A stretch of DNA of 64,000 nt, taken from contig CAUYUJ010000165.1 in assembly GCA_963575745.1 (NCBI GenBank), forward strand, positions 1-64,000, read 5' to 3'. Shown here piece by piece: positions 47,558 through 61,688 of the stretch. The notes beneath the pieces are model-generated. The model did not search any database. It had not been told where the DNA came from and worked only from the letters and a program-made list of their open reading frames with translations. Source of the stretch: Prorocentrum cordatum. Taxonomy: Eukaryota. Position 1 is the stretch's first letter. Each line of letters begins with the position of its first letter. The translations under genes and the position numbers were made by a program.

Positions 47558-48621
47558 ACGCTCGAGTATTCCAAGTTGCCGTTCCATCTAATCTAGCGCT
47601 CGATCATGGCAAGAACGCTGTCGGTCCTTCAAAAAGGATGCTTCCGTGCAGCGTTGGGCCAAAACAAGGATCGGCGCGTTGCGTCCGTCGGTCATGATCG
47701 CGCTCTGGTTCCAGCGCAGGCCACCGTTCTGGAACCGTTCCTCGTCGTTGCGGTCCCCCCCGCCTTTGCCTCCTCCGCCGCCCCCGGGTCCACCCACTCC
47801 ACTTGCTCCTCCTGCTCGCGCTGCTGCCCCTTCTCCCTCATCATCTTGCTCTTCCTCCTGCCTCTTCTCCTGCTCACCCACCACCTCCTCGTCCCATGTG
47901 AGAAGTCCACCTCACCGATTGCGCGCCACACGATAGGGTCGCTGGTGTGATCAAGGCAATCCAGGGCATCTCAGCTCGCGACTAGAACATCATTCAGCGA
48001 AACGGGAAGGGATGGGTGGGAGAGGTGGGATGTCAGATACGGCGCAGGCGAGCCTGACTTGCCTCCTTCGCCCTTTCCCCATGTATCCTTCCGCTCTGTC
48101 TCCGCCTCCTCTTCCTCCTCGTCCTCCTCCTCCTCATCCGCCACCCTCCTTCCACCTCCTACTCCTCCTCTTCCGACTCCTCCTCCTCCATCCTTCTTCC
48201 ACCTCCTCCGCCTCCGCCTCCATATCCTCGTCTTTGCGGAAAACCAGAAAGATACCGATGCGAATACTCCCTGGACCTCTCCCGAGGCTCGTTCTGATCA
48301 GAATTTCGATGCGAATCCAGCCCTGGCGACGAGGGCCTCCCAGGTGGCCCCAGAAATGCGAAACCGAGGGAAGAGCAGCGGCATCGGCACCTTGCCCTGA
48401 TCTGCGGGGGCGGCCAAGAGGGGGGCGTCAAGAGGGGGGGCGCAAATCATGGCCAGCGTCATGTGCGCCGCCCAGGAGGGGAGGCGGGGACGTACTGGAA
48501 TAAGAAAAGAGGCCATAAAATCTTGGGAGATATCATAGCCCACGCCATGATACCCCCCCCCCGCCCTAGTCATCACCCCCCTCTCTGCCGCCCCCGAAAT
48601 GTTCCCTACCCGTCCCCCACT

Positions 48622-48820
48622 CGGGTCGGGCGAAAAGGGGGGACAGCAAAGGGGGGGTTTGAGAACCAGCTCACGTAGCTGATTTTCCCGGCGCCTCCCG
48701 GCGCCGGGAGGCGGCTATGTATCGAGGAATGGGCCCCTCGGTGGGGCCGAGACCAGCTGCATGCAGCAGATTTCGTAACCCCCCCCTTTCCCAATCCCCC
48801 CCCTTTCGTTCGGCCCGACC
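48622..48820. mobile_element. MITE (TIR ggtcgggcgaaagggggg), copy 2
   Basis: Homologous to 34581-34772. Confidence 0.7.
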
Positions 48821-50701
48821 CACCCGGGCCACGGCCCCCTCTGCCCCACCCGCCCCCCATCCCTCCCCCTCTCTCCAGCGACAGAGGCGGCGACGACACC
48901 TGGCCCCCAGGAGCGGCCGGCCGGCCGTGGCTCCTCGACCTCGAGGACGGCCCGCTGCAGCGCCCGGCTCACCCGCTCGTCCTCGCGAGCGCGCGGTGCC
49001 CTCCTCCTCTTCCTCCTCCCGCCTCATCCTTATCCCGCCTCCTTCCGTCTCGTCGTCGCCGTCGTCCTCGTCGTCGTCATCGTCGTCGTCCTCCTCCTCC
49101 TTCGGCCTCCTCCCGCTTCCTCCGCTTCCTCTGTTCCTCTCCTCCTCATCCTCCTCATCCTCCTGCTTCTCCTCCTTCTCCTCCCCAAGAGGAATGCAAG
49201 CATGAGCCACTCTCTTCCTCCTCCCCTCCTCCCCCTCCCCCCCTCTCCCTCACCCTCCTCCTTTCATCCTCCTTCTCCTTCTTCTCCTTCCGCCTGCACC
49301 ATCCAATTTACCTGCGTGAGCTGGTTCTACGTTTTCCCATGAGATTCACTGTCCCGCCTAGAGGCGCAGCTCGATGATGCAAGCATGCAGCCCCGAACGA
49401 AGCTTGTCTCATGCCGCACGAACATGAACATAAGTAAAACATGAGCCGCAAAGCAAGGTTCGAGGGTTTCGTTCACCCCAAGGCGCACCGCATGATGCCT
49501 TCGAAAGGTAGCCAATCAACACTCTGAGATCCCCCCTGAGACTCTGGATTCGTGGGATGGGGCTCACTGGTACTCCCAGACCGCACGGCTTTCCTAGGTC
49601 CTGGCTCCCGCCTCCCCACCCCGTGGCCATCCCTCCCGCAATCCCTTCCTCGTCCAGCATCCCTCTTTGTCCCTCCTCCTGCGTATGCCCTCCCCCCTCC
49701 TCGGCCAGCGAGCCCTCCCCAGCCATTGCTCGTCCGTCCGCCCTCTTCGCCCCCACTCTTGCCCCTGCCCGCCTCCCTCCTCGGCTGGAGAGCCAGGCCA
49801 ACCGCTGACCCTGCCTGGGTGCCGCGCGGGGCAAGACGCCGCGCCGCCGAGTTCTGTGTCGGAGACACCCTCCTCCTCCTCCTCCTCCTCTACCTCCTCC
49901 TCCTTCTCCTCTACCTCCTCCTCCTTATCCTCTACCTCCTCCTCCTCCTCCTCCTCCTCCTCCTCCTCCTCCTCCTCCTCCTCCTCCTCCTCCTCCTCCA
50001 ACCCCGCGACGACCTCCCGGTGCACCCGTCTCTCTGCCCACGCGTCCTACAGGATGCACGGCCTACCCTCGGGGATCTTCTGACCCGGGTCCATCCAGGC
50101 CCGGGTCGGTCGGGCCTTGCAAATCCTGCAAGATCCTGCTCCCAAACCCGGGTCAATGCGAAGGATACTACAGGACCCTGCAAGATCCTGCACCCAAACC
50201 CGGATCAATGCGACCCTGGCCTTGCAGGATCCTGCAAGACCGGGCGCTCTGGCTGACCCCCGTTTGCACTGACCCCCGTCTCAAGGCTCCCGAGACGCGA
50301 CTTGGCATGGCCTCCGCCTCAAGCTCTCCCCTCATCGCCCCGGGCGTGCTCCGCCTCCGCCCTCCACGTGCCTGGCGCGGGGCAGGCGAAGCAGGCACCG
50401 GCGAGGGCGTCGGGGAGTGGTCACGTCGTCCCATGGGGTGCGGGCCCCAAGAATATACACCACCACCACGTCGACCCCTCCTCCCTGCTCCGCCCTCATC
50501 TTCCTCTCCTCTTCCCTGGGAGAGGGAGGGGATGAGGGAGGTGGTGGTGGTGGACATCTCTTTGGGCCCAAAACCCTCCTCCACCTCCACCTCCTCCCTC
50601 GCTCCCTCCCCTCCCCGCGTCACGAAAACACGGTGCGATGTCGACAGAAGGGCGAGAAGCACTCCTCCACCTCCTCCTCCCTGGCCCCCTCCCCTCCACA
50701 C

Positions 50702-50774
50702 CTCACGAGAACAGTGCAACACTGCACAACAGCAAAAGCCGACCGGAGCGCTGGACCAGATCGTCCTGCTGCAC
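50702..50774 (-). CDS. Host gene exon B (GAAGRSGPALRSAFAVVQCCTVLVR)
   Basis: CAG|G acceptor, AG|GT donor, phase 1 to 2; joins exon C to read ...TVLVRQLLEEC. Confidence 0.6.
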
Positions 50775-51908
50775 CTGTCGGGCCCGATCGATCCGCGAGG
50801 CCCCCGGGGCCCCCGGAGCGGGGCAAGGTCGCCCGGTGCGACAAAGTTGCGACGCCAGGCTCTCAGGACCCCTCCTCCTGCCCTCCTCCCCCTCCTCCTG
50901 CTCCTCCTCCTCCTCCTCCTCCTCCTCATTCTCCTCCTCCTCCTTCCTCCTCCTCCTCCTCCTCCTCCTCCCTCCTCCTCCTCATCTCTCCTCCTCCTCC
51001 TCCTCCTCCTCCTCCTCCTCCCTCCTCCTCCCTCCTCCTCCTCCTCTCCTCCTCCTCCTGCTCCTCCTCCTCCTCCTCCTCCTCCTCCTCGTCCTCCTCC
51101 CCTCCTCCCTGCTCTTCCTCCTCCTCCCTCCCTTCCTCCCTCCCTGTGGCAAAAGGGGTGATGCAGATGGTGGGGGGGCAGAAAAAGGCCGTAGATGGGG
51201 CCCTCTGGGGCACCTGCTGCCTCCAACAAGGGCCCTACAGGGCCCCTTCAGGGCCCCGTCCTTCACCCCCCAGTTGGGTCAACCCCCCACTGCCACCCGC
51301 CCGAATCTCTTCCCCCCCGAATCCCCCCCTCCCATTAACACGCGCCCTGGCTCCCCCCTGCACCCAGGAGGGCAGAGCATGGGACTCGGGAACGCCCACG
51401 AGAGCACTGGATTTACGCTGCGCAGCACCGCCCTGGCCGATTGCAGGCCCGAGCAAAAGCAGCATCGCCGCGGCACTCCTCCTCCTCCTCCTCCTCCTCC
51501 TCCTCCTCCTCCTCCTCCTCCTCCTCCTCCTCCTCCCCTCCTCCTCCTCCTCCTCCTCCTCCTCCTCCCTCCTCCTCCTCCTCCTCCTCCTCCTCCTCCT
51601 CCTCCTGCTCCTCCTCCTCCTCCTCCTCCTCTCCTCCTCCTCCTCCTCCTCCTCCTCCTCCTCCCCCTTACGCTTCTTTGTTGTTCGACTCCCCCGGTCC
51701 TCCTCGCTGGGGACCGCACGGCCTGCGGTGCCGAGAGCCAGCCCCACCGCCGCCATCTGCTCGCGGGGCCAGCGGCGGCGCTCCGCGCGGGCCTCGAGCC
51801 GCGATCGGCCTCCGGACGTCCTGGCTCCGGGGCGCCGAAGCACTCGCGTGCTCGCGTGCGCTCCTCGTCGTCGCCGTCTTCGTCGTCGTCGCAGTCGTCG
51901 TGGTCGTA

Positions 51909-51961
<53 letters not shown>

Positions 51962-51982
51962 CGTCGTCGTCGTCGTCGTCGA

Positions 51983-52075
<93 letters not shown>

Positions 52076-53089
52076 TCTCCTCCTCCTCCTCGTCCTCCTC
52101 CCTCTCCTCCTCCTCCTCCTCCGCCTCCTCCCTCCTCCTCCTCCTCCTCCTCCTCCTCCTCCTCCTCCTCCTCCTCCTCCCTCCTCCTGCTCCTCCTCCT
52201 CCTCCTCCTCCTCCTCCTGCTCCGATCCTCCTCCTCATTCTCCTCCTCTCCTCCTCCTCCTCCTCCTGCTCCTCCTCCTCCTCCTCCTCTCTCCTCCTCC
52301 TCTCCTCCTGCCTCCTCCTCCCTCCTCCTCCTCCTCCTCCTCCTCCTCCCCTCCTCCTCTCCTCCGCCTCCTCCTCCTCCTGCTCCTCCTCCTCCTCCTC
52401 CTCCTCCTCCTCCTCCTCCTCCTTCCACGACGACATCAACGACGACGGCGATCGGCTGCTGCGGCGGCAGGCCGCGATCCGCTGCGGCCGTCGGCTGACG
52501 GCTGGCGGCTGATTGCGGCTGGCGGGGGTCGGCTGCGGCCGGCGGCCCAGGACACCCAGGCGCCACGAAAGAAGACATGCGGAGGGCGTCGGTCGGGCGT
52601 TGGCAGAACTGGGTTTAGTGGAACCTGGTTTAGTGATCTGTACTGGGGGCGCCCCCCCGTCCCATTTCCACTAACCCAAACTGCCGTCACCCGAAAAAAC
52701 ACCAGCTATGGCAAACCTGGTTTAGTGATTCTGGCCGGGGCCCTACCACTAACCGGGCCCCCTTACCTGGGGTCCTGGCCATACCCGAGTCGGGATGAGA
52801 GGAGGGAGGGGAGTGAGGAACGGGAGGAAGAGGAGGACGAGGAGAAAGAGGACAAGGAGGGAGCGAGGAACACGGGGCGCTGTCTCCTCACAACGAGGAC
52901 CCAGCACCACAGGATGGTAGATAGACGTCGATACCCCCAAAACAGGCGCCTGCGCAGAGGGGCCCTGTGGGCCAGACCCACAGCTCATCCTACGGCGCAA
53001 CCTGTGGCCGTCCAACGCCTGCGCCGGCACGCGGTACCATGCGGGCGGGGCCCACGGTGACTCACGCACGCTCCCCCGCCCCAAGTCTT

Positions 53090-54770
53090 TCCCAACCATC
53101 CTGTGGTGATGGGTCCTCGTTTTGAAGAGACAGCGCCCCGCGTTCCTCCTACCGCTGCCCCTTTCCCTCCTCCTCTCACTCGTTTTGAAGAGACAGCGCC
53201 CCGCGATCCTCCTCCTCCTCCTCCTCCTCATCCTCCTCCTCCTCCTTCTTCCTCCTCTCCTCCTTCTCGTCCTCCTCCCCCTCCTTGCCACCGCCCTCCG
53301 CACGCCCATTCCGGCACACCCCTCACACGGTTCGTGGCCCTATAGGAAGCTCCACCGAAGGCCCCAGTGGCCGCGTCCGCATGCGCCCTCCCCGCCCACC
53401 GCATGCGCATTTCGGCACACCCCTCACACGGTTCGTGGCCCCATCATAGGGAGCCCCACTGAAGGCCCCAGTGGCCGCGTCCGCATGCGCCCTCCCCGCC
53501 CACCGCATGCCCGTTTCGGCACACCCGTCACACGTTTCGTGGCCCCATATGGAGATCCACCGAAGGCCCCAGTGGCTGCGTGCGGATGCGTCCTCCCCGC
53601 CCTCCGCATGCCCATTTCGGCACACCCCTCACACGGTTCGTGGCCCCATCATAGGGAGCCCCACTGAAGGCCCCAGTGGCCGCGTCCGCATGCGCCCTCC
53701 CCGCCCACCGCATGCCCGTTTCGGCACACCCGTCACACGTTTCGTGGCCCCACATGGAGCTCCACCGAAGGCCCCAATGGCCGCGTCCGCATGCGTCCTC
53801 CCCACCCACTGCATGCCCATTTCGACACACCCCTGACACGATTTGTGGCTCCATAGAGAACTCCACCGAAGGCCCCAATGGCCGCGTCCGCATGCGCCCT
53901 CTCCGCCGCCCACCGCATGCCGATGTCGGCACACCCCTCACACGCTCCACCGAAGGCCCCAGTGGCCGCGTCCGCATGCGCCCTCCCCGCCCACCGCATG
54001 AGCATTTCGGCACACCCCTCACACGCTTCGTGGCCCCATAGGAAGCTCCACCGAAGGCCCCAGTGGCTGCGTCCGCATGCGTCCTCCCCGCCCACCGCAT
54101 GCCCGTTTCGGCACACCCCTCACACGAGCTGTGTCTCCACAGGGAGCCCCACTGAAGGCCCCAGTGGCCGCGTCCGCATGCGCCCTCCCCGCCCACCGCA
54201 TGCCCGTTTCGGCACACCCGTCACACGTTTCGTGGCCCCATATGGAGCTCCACCGAAGGCCCCAGTGGCCGCGTCCGCATGCGTCCTCCCCACCCACTGC
54301 ATGCCCATTTCGGCACACCCCTGACACGATTTGTGGCTTCATAGGGAGCTCCACCGAAGGCCCCAGTGGCCGCGTCCGCATGCGCCCTCCCTGCCGCCCA
54401 CCGCACGCCGATTTCGGCACACCCTCATAGGGAGCCCATCATAGGGAGCTCCAGCGAACGCCCCAGTGGCCGCGTCCGCATGCGCCCTTCTCGCCCAGCA
54501 TGCCCATTCCGGCACACCCCTCACACGCTTCGTGGCCCCATAGGGAGCTCCACCGAAGGCCACAATGACAAGGTCCACATGCGGCTCCCCGCCCGCCGCA
54601 CGTCTATGTCCGCACACCCTTCGCACGGTTCGTGGCCCGATAGGGAGCCCCAGTGAAGGCCCCAGAGACCGCGTGCGCAAACACCCTCCCCGCCGACCGC
54701 ACGTCCATTTCCTCTTCCCGCTGCGGGCCGCCCGTTGCATCCACGGCTCGTGGTCCCATAGGGAGGCCCG
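53090..54770. repeat. Satellite-bearing element: ~102-bp tandem units (about 14 copies)
   Basis: Unit cggcacacccctcacacggttcgtggccccatagggagctccaccgaaggccccagtggccgcgtccgcatgcg..., preceded by the leader cccaaccatcctgtggtgatgggtcctcgttttgaa. Confidence 0.9.
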
Positions 54771-55164
54771 TCGAAAGCTGGACCCAGCACGCGGTATGCA
54801 CAACTGCTTCTGGTCGGGTCCTCCGTCAGGATACTTTCCTGGCTCGGTAACATGGAACTCGGCAGAACTACATCTCGGCTAAACTAGGCTTGTAGATGAC
54901 ATCTAGTATAAAAAGAGTGGCGTGTGCGTCTACCTTGCCCGCTGTCCGCGCGGTCTTGGTGTCCGTCTTCGGTCCGGGCGGTATCCACAACTGCTTCTGG
55001 TCGGGCCCTCCGTCGGGACCATAATTCCCGAGCCCTCCGGGCCCGTCGCGACGCAGCCTGCTGCCGCTGCCTCTCCGGCGCTGCCGCCGGAGCTGGCAGC
55101 GCGTTGCGCGGCACTGCCTGGCGACGCGGCGGGCGGGCGGTGGTCGAGGGGTGAAGGGGGGGGG

Positions 55165-55326
55165 ATGATGGGCCTGTTTCCCACCACCACCACCATAAGT
55201 TGGAGGGGGGAAGGAGGAGGAGGACGAGGAGGAGGAGGAAGAGGAGGAGGACGAGGAGGAGGAGGAGGTGGAGGACCCCCTCCCCCTCCAACTTATGGTC
55301 TTGGTGGTGGATCACAAGCCCGTCAG
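55165..55326. mobile_element. GGA-filled MITE (copy 3)
   Basis: Same TIRs (ccataagttggaggggg / ccccctccaacttatgg) with a GGA core. Confidence 0.72.
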
Positions 55327-57574
55327 GGGGGCGACCCCCTCCCGGGGGATGTCTCCCGCATCCTCGACGGGCTCTCGGCCCCGGGGCCCGCAACAGGGGG
55401 GCAGAGTCCAAGCGGCTATGAACAGGAGCGACATTTGCGAGCAGGAGGCCCGGGATAATACAAATTTGAACAGGGCCGCAGGTAGTTGGAACGCGCGCGG
55501 GTACAGTAGAGGCCAGCCCACAAAAAAAAACCTTCCACAAGAAATTCGACCCTGAGACCCCAGGACGTCCCAGCAGCGCCATCGAAACCAAAGACGCCCA
55601 TGGCACCCTGGAGGCAAACAGGGTGTTTCTTCGCATGGGTCTCCACTGTAGTTGGTAGGTGCGCGGGTGATGCGTAACGCTATTCCTCCTGCCTTTTTTT
55701 CCGAGCGGTGCCCTAGGCGGCTGTCGGGGGCGGTGCTCTCTGCCACGCCACGCTGCTCCTCTTGCTTCGTCCTTTTGCCCCCCCCCCCCCCCGAGGGCCC
55801 CCCAAAAAACAGTCGTCCCTCCTTCGCCCACCCACTGGTCTCTTCTCCCCATCCCATCTCCCTCCTCTCCTCTCGCCCGTCCTCCACACCCCTCCTCACC
55901 CATCATTCTCCTCTCTCTTTCTCCCCCTCCTGCTCCCCCCCTGCTCACTCCTCCCTCCTCCCTCCCACCCTCATCCCGTCTTTCCCGTTCTCCCTCCCCC
56001 TCATTCCACTTTCCCTCCTACCCACACGCGCGCTGCGTCCTTCGTCGTCCCCATTCTCTCATTCTGTCCGTCCCTCCCTCCTTCTTCTAAACCCCACCTC
56101 CGCCCGCACCGGGCTCACTTTCCATCTGCCCTCCTTTCGAATGCCTCCTCCCTCACGCAATCCCCTTTCCTCTTACACGCAATGCATGCGGTGCCCTTCT
56201 CTCCCCTGACCATGTCCGGAAGATGCGCCGTCCTCTCCGCGCACGGCTTCTCACATCGAGGATTGGGACGATATGACTTCCCCCATGTCTTTGACAATGT
56301 TGTTGCTTTCAATGTTTAAGCAGGGCGTTCCTGCCACAGCACGAGCCTCGTGTTATGATCGGCGCTGTGCTCCCGTCGTTCAAAATGGCGTTCTTGCCCC
56401 AGCGACGGCCACAATTATTTCGTCATCGTTGTCGCTGCTCCTTCCTCCTCCTCCTCCGCCTTCTCTTGGCCCTGCTGATTCTCCCGCTCCTTCCACTCCA
56501 GTTCCCGCTGCTGCTGTTGTTTGTCCCCATCCGCCCCCCCCCCGCTCGTCCTCCTCTTGCTATTCCTGTTCCTCCTCCTGCTCACCCGCCAACTTCCCCT
56601 CCTCTGTGCGGGGTGACGTTTTCTCTCAGATTCAGCATGACACGTTACAGTCTGTTCGGAGTTCCAGGTCGGCAACGGCGCACGTTTCGGATAGAATCGA
56701 ACGGGTGCGATGGGAAGTGTTCGGACGGAGGGGTCGGATGTCAGATAGGAGCGGGCCGAATTTGATTTCCCCCTTTTTCCGCCCGTCTCCCCCCCCCCCC
56801 CACATCCCCCCCCATCATTTGTCGCGGCCCCCCCCTCCCCCCCCCGCCTCCTCTTCCTCGCCCCCGCTCACGCCTCCCTCCCGTCCTCTCCCTCCTCCAC
56901 CTCCTCCCCCTTACCTCCCCCTTTTCCGCCCTCCTCCTGGCGCCTCCTCCACCTCCTTCTTCATCCCGCGCTTTCTCCCTTTCCTCCTCCACCTCCCCCT
57001 GCCCATCCCTGATGCCCCGCTCACCCTGCTGCTCCTCCTCCTACCCCTCCTCCTGCCGAGGCCTCCCCCTTTTATTATTGCGGCGAGGGCACTTATCTCC
57101 GCCGGTCTGCGAGAAGCAGACGTACCTGCACACGCGACGACAACAAACGAACAGAGGAACATCAACAGAGGACGATCGAAAGAGAGAAAGGGCGCATGCC
57201 CGCGTGGCTGGCCTCGGCACCGCCAGGCTCGAGCCGCCCCTCAGAGCTCCCTGGCGCCGACCTCGAGGCGGGGCCTGCGCGCGGTCGACCCCCCCCCCCG
57301 CCAGCCAGTCACCCCGACGCCTCCGCCGCGAGGCGTGCGCGCTGCGGCCTCCACGCCGCGCAGGGCGCTCCGCGGCGCGGCCCCGGGCGCGCCGCCGCCC
57401 CGCGAGCACGGCAGGCCCCCGCCCGGGAGCACGCGCGGGCACGAGGACCGCGGCGCGCCCCCGCGACGTCCGCCCCCGCGGCGCCCGCGGCGGCGGGCGG
57501 GCAGATGGCGCCCAGCAGCCGCCCATCTCCGAACGCGAGCCTGCCGCGCGGCCCGCCCGCCTGGGCCCAGCAGG

Positions 57575-57807
57575 TTGGGCGCCCGAGTTATCCGGGGTAA
57601 GTCGGGTCCGGGGTAACTCGGGTTTGGATCCCCGAACAACGAACCCGAGTTAGCCCTGACCCGAGATACCCCTGATGATTCGGGGCTCTGGACGCCCGAG
57701 TTATCCGGGGTATAAGTCGGGTCCGGGGCAAGTCGGGCTTGGAATCCCGGAAAACGAACCCGAGTTAGCCCTGACCCGAGGTACCCCTGATGATTCGGGG
57801 CTCTCAG
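57575..57807. mobile_element. Dimeric hairpin element, copy 3 (CAGG or CAGCAGG TSD)
   Basis: Same termini and internal dimer as copies 1 and 2. Confidence 0.8.
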
Positions 57808-60095
57808 CAGGGCTCCTCGGCGCCGTCGCCACTCGCGCGCGCTCGCGGCCACCCCTCCGCGAGCGGGCCGAGGACGGGCGGGCCCAGTGCCGCTGGCAGG
57901 CGCGCGCGCGCGGCGGGCCCACGCGGCGGCCCCCGCGCGGAGCGGGCAGGGGGCGGGGGGCCCGGGCGGCACGCCGCCGGATCCTGAGCGGCTGGGGCCA
58001 CATGGCTTGAGGTGAATGGCCACGGGCGCTGAGGGCACTTGTTTTTTTGGTTTTTAAAACTCTTCGAGCACCCGCAAATAGGCGCGTGGTCATGCTAGAA
58101 TTCAAGGAAGGAAGGAGGGCGGGAGGGCAAGGCACGTCTAGCGGCCGCACGATGCCCACGGCCTCCTTCACGAGTCGCTCGGGCGTGTTCCCGAGCCGCA
58201 AGCGCCGCTCTCACAACTTCGCGCTGTGGGTCCAGCGCTGCGGCGGGGCTGGCGCGATGAGGGCACTGGATAAGGAACACTTGGATAAGGAATTCAGGGC
58301 TCACTCAGTAGGGGATCGACCGCGCCACTCAGCAGGGGATCGACCGCGCCCGATCCTGAGCGGCCGGAGCCACAGGGCTTGAGGTAAACGGCCACGGAGG
58401 ATGGGGGCACCGGATAGGGAACCGTTGGGTGAGGAATCCGGGGTCTGGAAGCAGGTGGTGCTCCCATCGTGGCTCGCCCATGGACGTCACCGCCGAGTTG
58501 ATCAGACAAGGAAGCCCCCGGCGTCTGAGGCCTCCTAAACGCAATCCCTGCCCACACATATTCACCACCATCGTCATCACAAGCACCAGGAGCAGCATCA
58601 GCATAAGCATCGGTATCAGTATCATGGTAATGCTGCCCGTCAACATCCAACTTACCATCCTCATCCCCATACTCGGCATGGTCATCCGCATCCGAATCCT
58701 CGTCCTCAGCTGCGCACCATTACCATCATCGTCGTCATCATGAGCCCGGACCCCTCGCCACCACCACCGCCACCTCCCCCCTCCTTCCGTTCCCACATTG
58801 ACCATCCATCGTAACTCATTAGCCATCCTTGGCATGTCTCCTCGTCCTCCTTGACTGGTCCTTCTTCTCCTTGTCCTCCCCGAGTTTACCCACCCTCTCG
58901 TCCCTCCCGCATCTCCCACCCCCTCCCGATCCTCCGCCTCGGCCCTCCCCTGCACAGCCCCCTCCTCCCTCATCTTCGGCCTCCTCAACCTCGGCAGCCT
59001 CTGCCGCCCTCTTCGCCGCTGCATCCACTGTGTTCCCGCCTTCCTCCTCGTCAAACCTCCATCCTCTCTGCGCGTTCCCCTCCTCGCCATCCGCCGCCCC
59101 CCATTTTCCGATCCCACTCCCTCATCTATCAAGCCGCCCGCGCCGCCCTTCCTTCCTCACCCCGTATTCCTCGTCCCCCAGCCGAAGACTCCCAAAGCAA
59201 GACAGTGTTGAAAAGAACACGTATGCGCATAGGTGTGCCTTCCACTTTTCCACGCGGCCCAGTTGCAACGCCTGCTACAACGCGGGGGTCGTGGGGATGG
59301 GAACCGATGAGCATGATTGGGCTTAGACACGAGTGGACCTGAGTATGAATGGAAATGAGTATGAAGGGAGTTGAGAATACTTGAATGTGCGTATGAGTCG
59401 ATTTGGTTGTGGATGAGCCTCAGCGCGGACGGGTATCGACACGAGTGGTCCTCAGTATGAGTGGGTCCGCGCGTGAGTGAGACTGAGATTGAATCTCACC
59501 AGCCCTCTGGGCGTAGGTGGTCCAGGGCGGCTCCTCTTCCAACCCCCTGCTTCCCCTTCGGGGAGGGGTTTACCCCTCCCCCTACCCCCTCCCCTGGACC
59601 TGGACGGGGCCAATCGCGGGTAGTTAGAGCGCCCAAATCGGCCTCGGCGGCTAAGCCAACATCACTGGTCTTACTAAGGTTTTGGCTCCTTGTTGGCCTC
59701 TTGGGAGGGCAGCGCTAAAAGGTGTTCCCCTCTTCTTTGATCGATGTCCACCCAGATGGCCCCAAACAGCGCCCAGGAGGCCCCAAAAAGCGCCCAAGAT
59801 GGCCCCAAGATGGCCCCAAGATGGCCCCAGGAGGCCCCCCAAGAGGCCCCCAGGAGGCCCCCAAGAGGACCCAAAGCGGCCCCAAGAGGCCCCCCCGAGG
59901 CACCCAAGACGCCCAAGAGCCCCCTAGGACCGCCGAGAGACACCGAAGACGTCCCAAGAGGCCACCAAGAAGCGCCTAAGAGATACCCCAAGAAACCTCT
60001 GGCCCTTTTGCTTGCCCTCCTGCCCTCCTCCTCTTGCTCCTCCTTCCTCCTCCTACTTCTTCTCTTCCTCCTTCTCCTCCTCCTCCTCCTCGTTC

Positions 60096-60127
<32 letters not shown>

Positions 60128-60178
60128 ATTCTCCTCCTCCTCCTCCTCATCATCATCATCATCATCATCATCATAATC

Positions 60179-60266
<88 letters not shown>

Positions 60267-60367
60267 GCATCATCATCATCATCATCATCAGCGCAGCATC
60301 AGATCAGCATCAGCATCAGCATCAGCATCATCATCATCATCATCATCAGCATCATCAGCATCAGCAT

Positions 60368-60469
<102 letters not shown>

Positions 60470-61621
60470 ATCATCCCAGCCATCCTCCTTCTCCCTACTT
60501 CCTCATCCATCCATCCATCCAGCCTCCTCCTTCTCCTCCTCCCTCCTTCGCATGGTTCGGCCGTACCCCGCTTTGCTCCCGTACTTCCCTGATCACCTCA
60601 ACTCGCCTGGACATCGTTTCTGGATGGGCTGGTGGAGATACTTTTATTTCTGGTCGCGGCCGCAAGCGAAAGCGCAGGCGGCAAAAGAAGTCGTCTGGGC
60701 CTACGGGCGAGCCTAATTCGCTGCAAGGTGCTACTCAGGCCGGCCGGGCCAGCTCACCAGGCGGCAGCAACTGGTGGAGGTACGCGAAGCGTCCAGAATT
60801 TGGGTGGGTATGAGTGCAAGTGGCCTACGTATGAGCGCGTGTGAGCGAGTGAGGTTGGAGGCGCGACATCAACAAGAAGAAGGCAAAGCTCGCGACACCG
60901 GTAAACAAAAGCCCCCCCCCACACCCCAATCCCCAGAACCTCGCGCCGCTTCCCCTGAAGCCACCACCTGCCATCCGCGCGGCCCTGTCCTACGTCTTCC
61001 TCTGCAGGAGCAGAGCAGGAGGGAGGAGGGAGGAGGGGGGAGGAGGAGGGGGGAGGGAGGAGGGAGGGGGAGGGAGGGGAGGAGAGGAGGGGAGGGAGGA
61101 GGGAGGAGGAGGAGGAGGAGGAGGAGGAGGAGGAGGAGGAGGAGGAGGAGGAGGGGGAGGGAGGAGGAGGTCCACCGAAATGCAATGATCTCTCCCGGAT
61201 CCTGCTCCGAGCAGAACGTCGGGGCGGAGATCCCACCGCGGCAACGAGGGCCTCCCGGGAGGCCCAGAAAGGCGAAAACGAGAAAAGGGTGGCATTCCCT
61301 CCCCCTTCCTCCTCCTCCTCCTCCACCTCCTCCTTCCTCCTCCTCCTCCTTCCTCCTCCTCCTCCTCCTCCTCCTCCTCCTCCTCCCTCCTCCTCCTCCT
61401 CCTCCTCCTCCTCCTCCTCCTCTTCCTCCTCCTCCTCCTCTCCTTCTCCTCCCCCCTCCTCCTCCTCCTCCTCCTCCTCCTCCCCCCCTTCCGCCTCCTC
61501 CTCCTCCTCCCCCTTTCCTCCGCCTCCTCCTCCTCCTCCTCCTCCTCCTCTCCCTCCCCCTCCTCCCCCCGCGGACAACCCGATCCCGAGCGGCCCCCGC
61601 CGCGCCCGGGGCCCCGCCCGC

Positions 61622-61688
61622 CCGCGGTCACTGCACGGAGCAGCTGCCGGCGGCGCAGCCCGAGCTGCAGCCTCTGCAGGGCTTGAAC
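61622..61688 (-). CDS. Host gene exon A (VQALQRLQLGLRRRQLLRAVTA), unknown helical protein
   Basis: AG|G acceptor, G|GC donor, phase 0 to 1; joins exon B in frame. Confidence 0.55.

Noticed and set aside
53290..54770. Regular repeat array as CRISPR
   Set aside because: Whole units are homologous, with no unique spacers and no cas genes.
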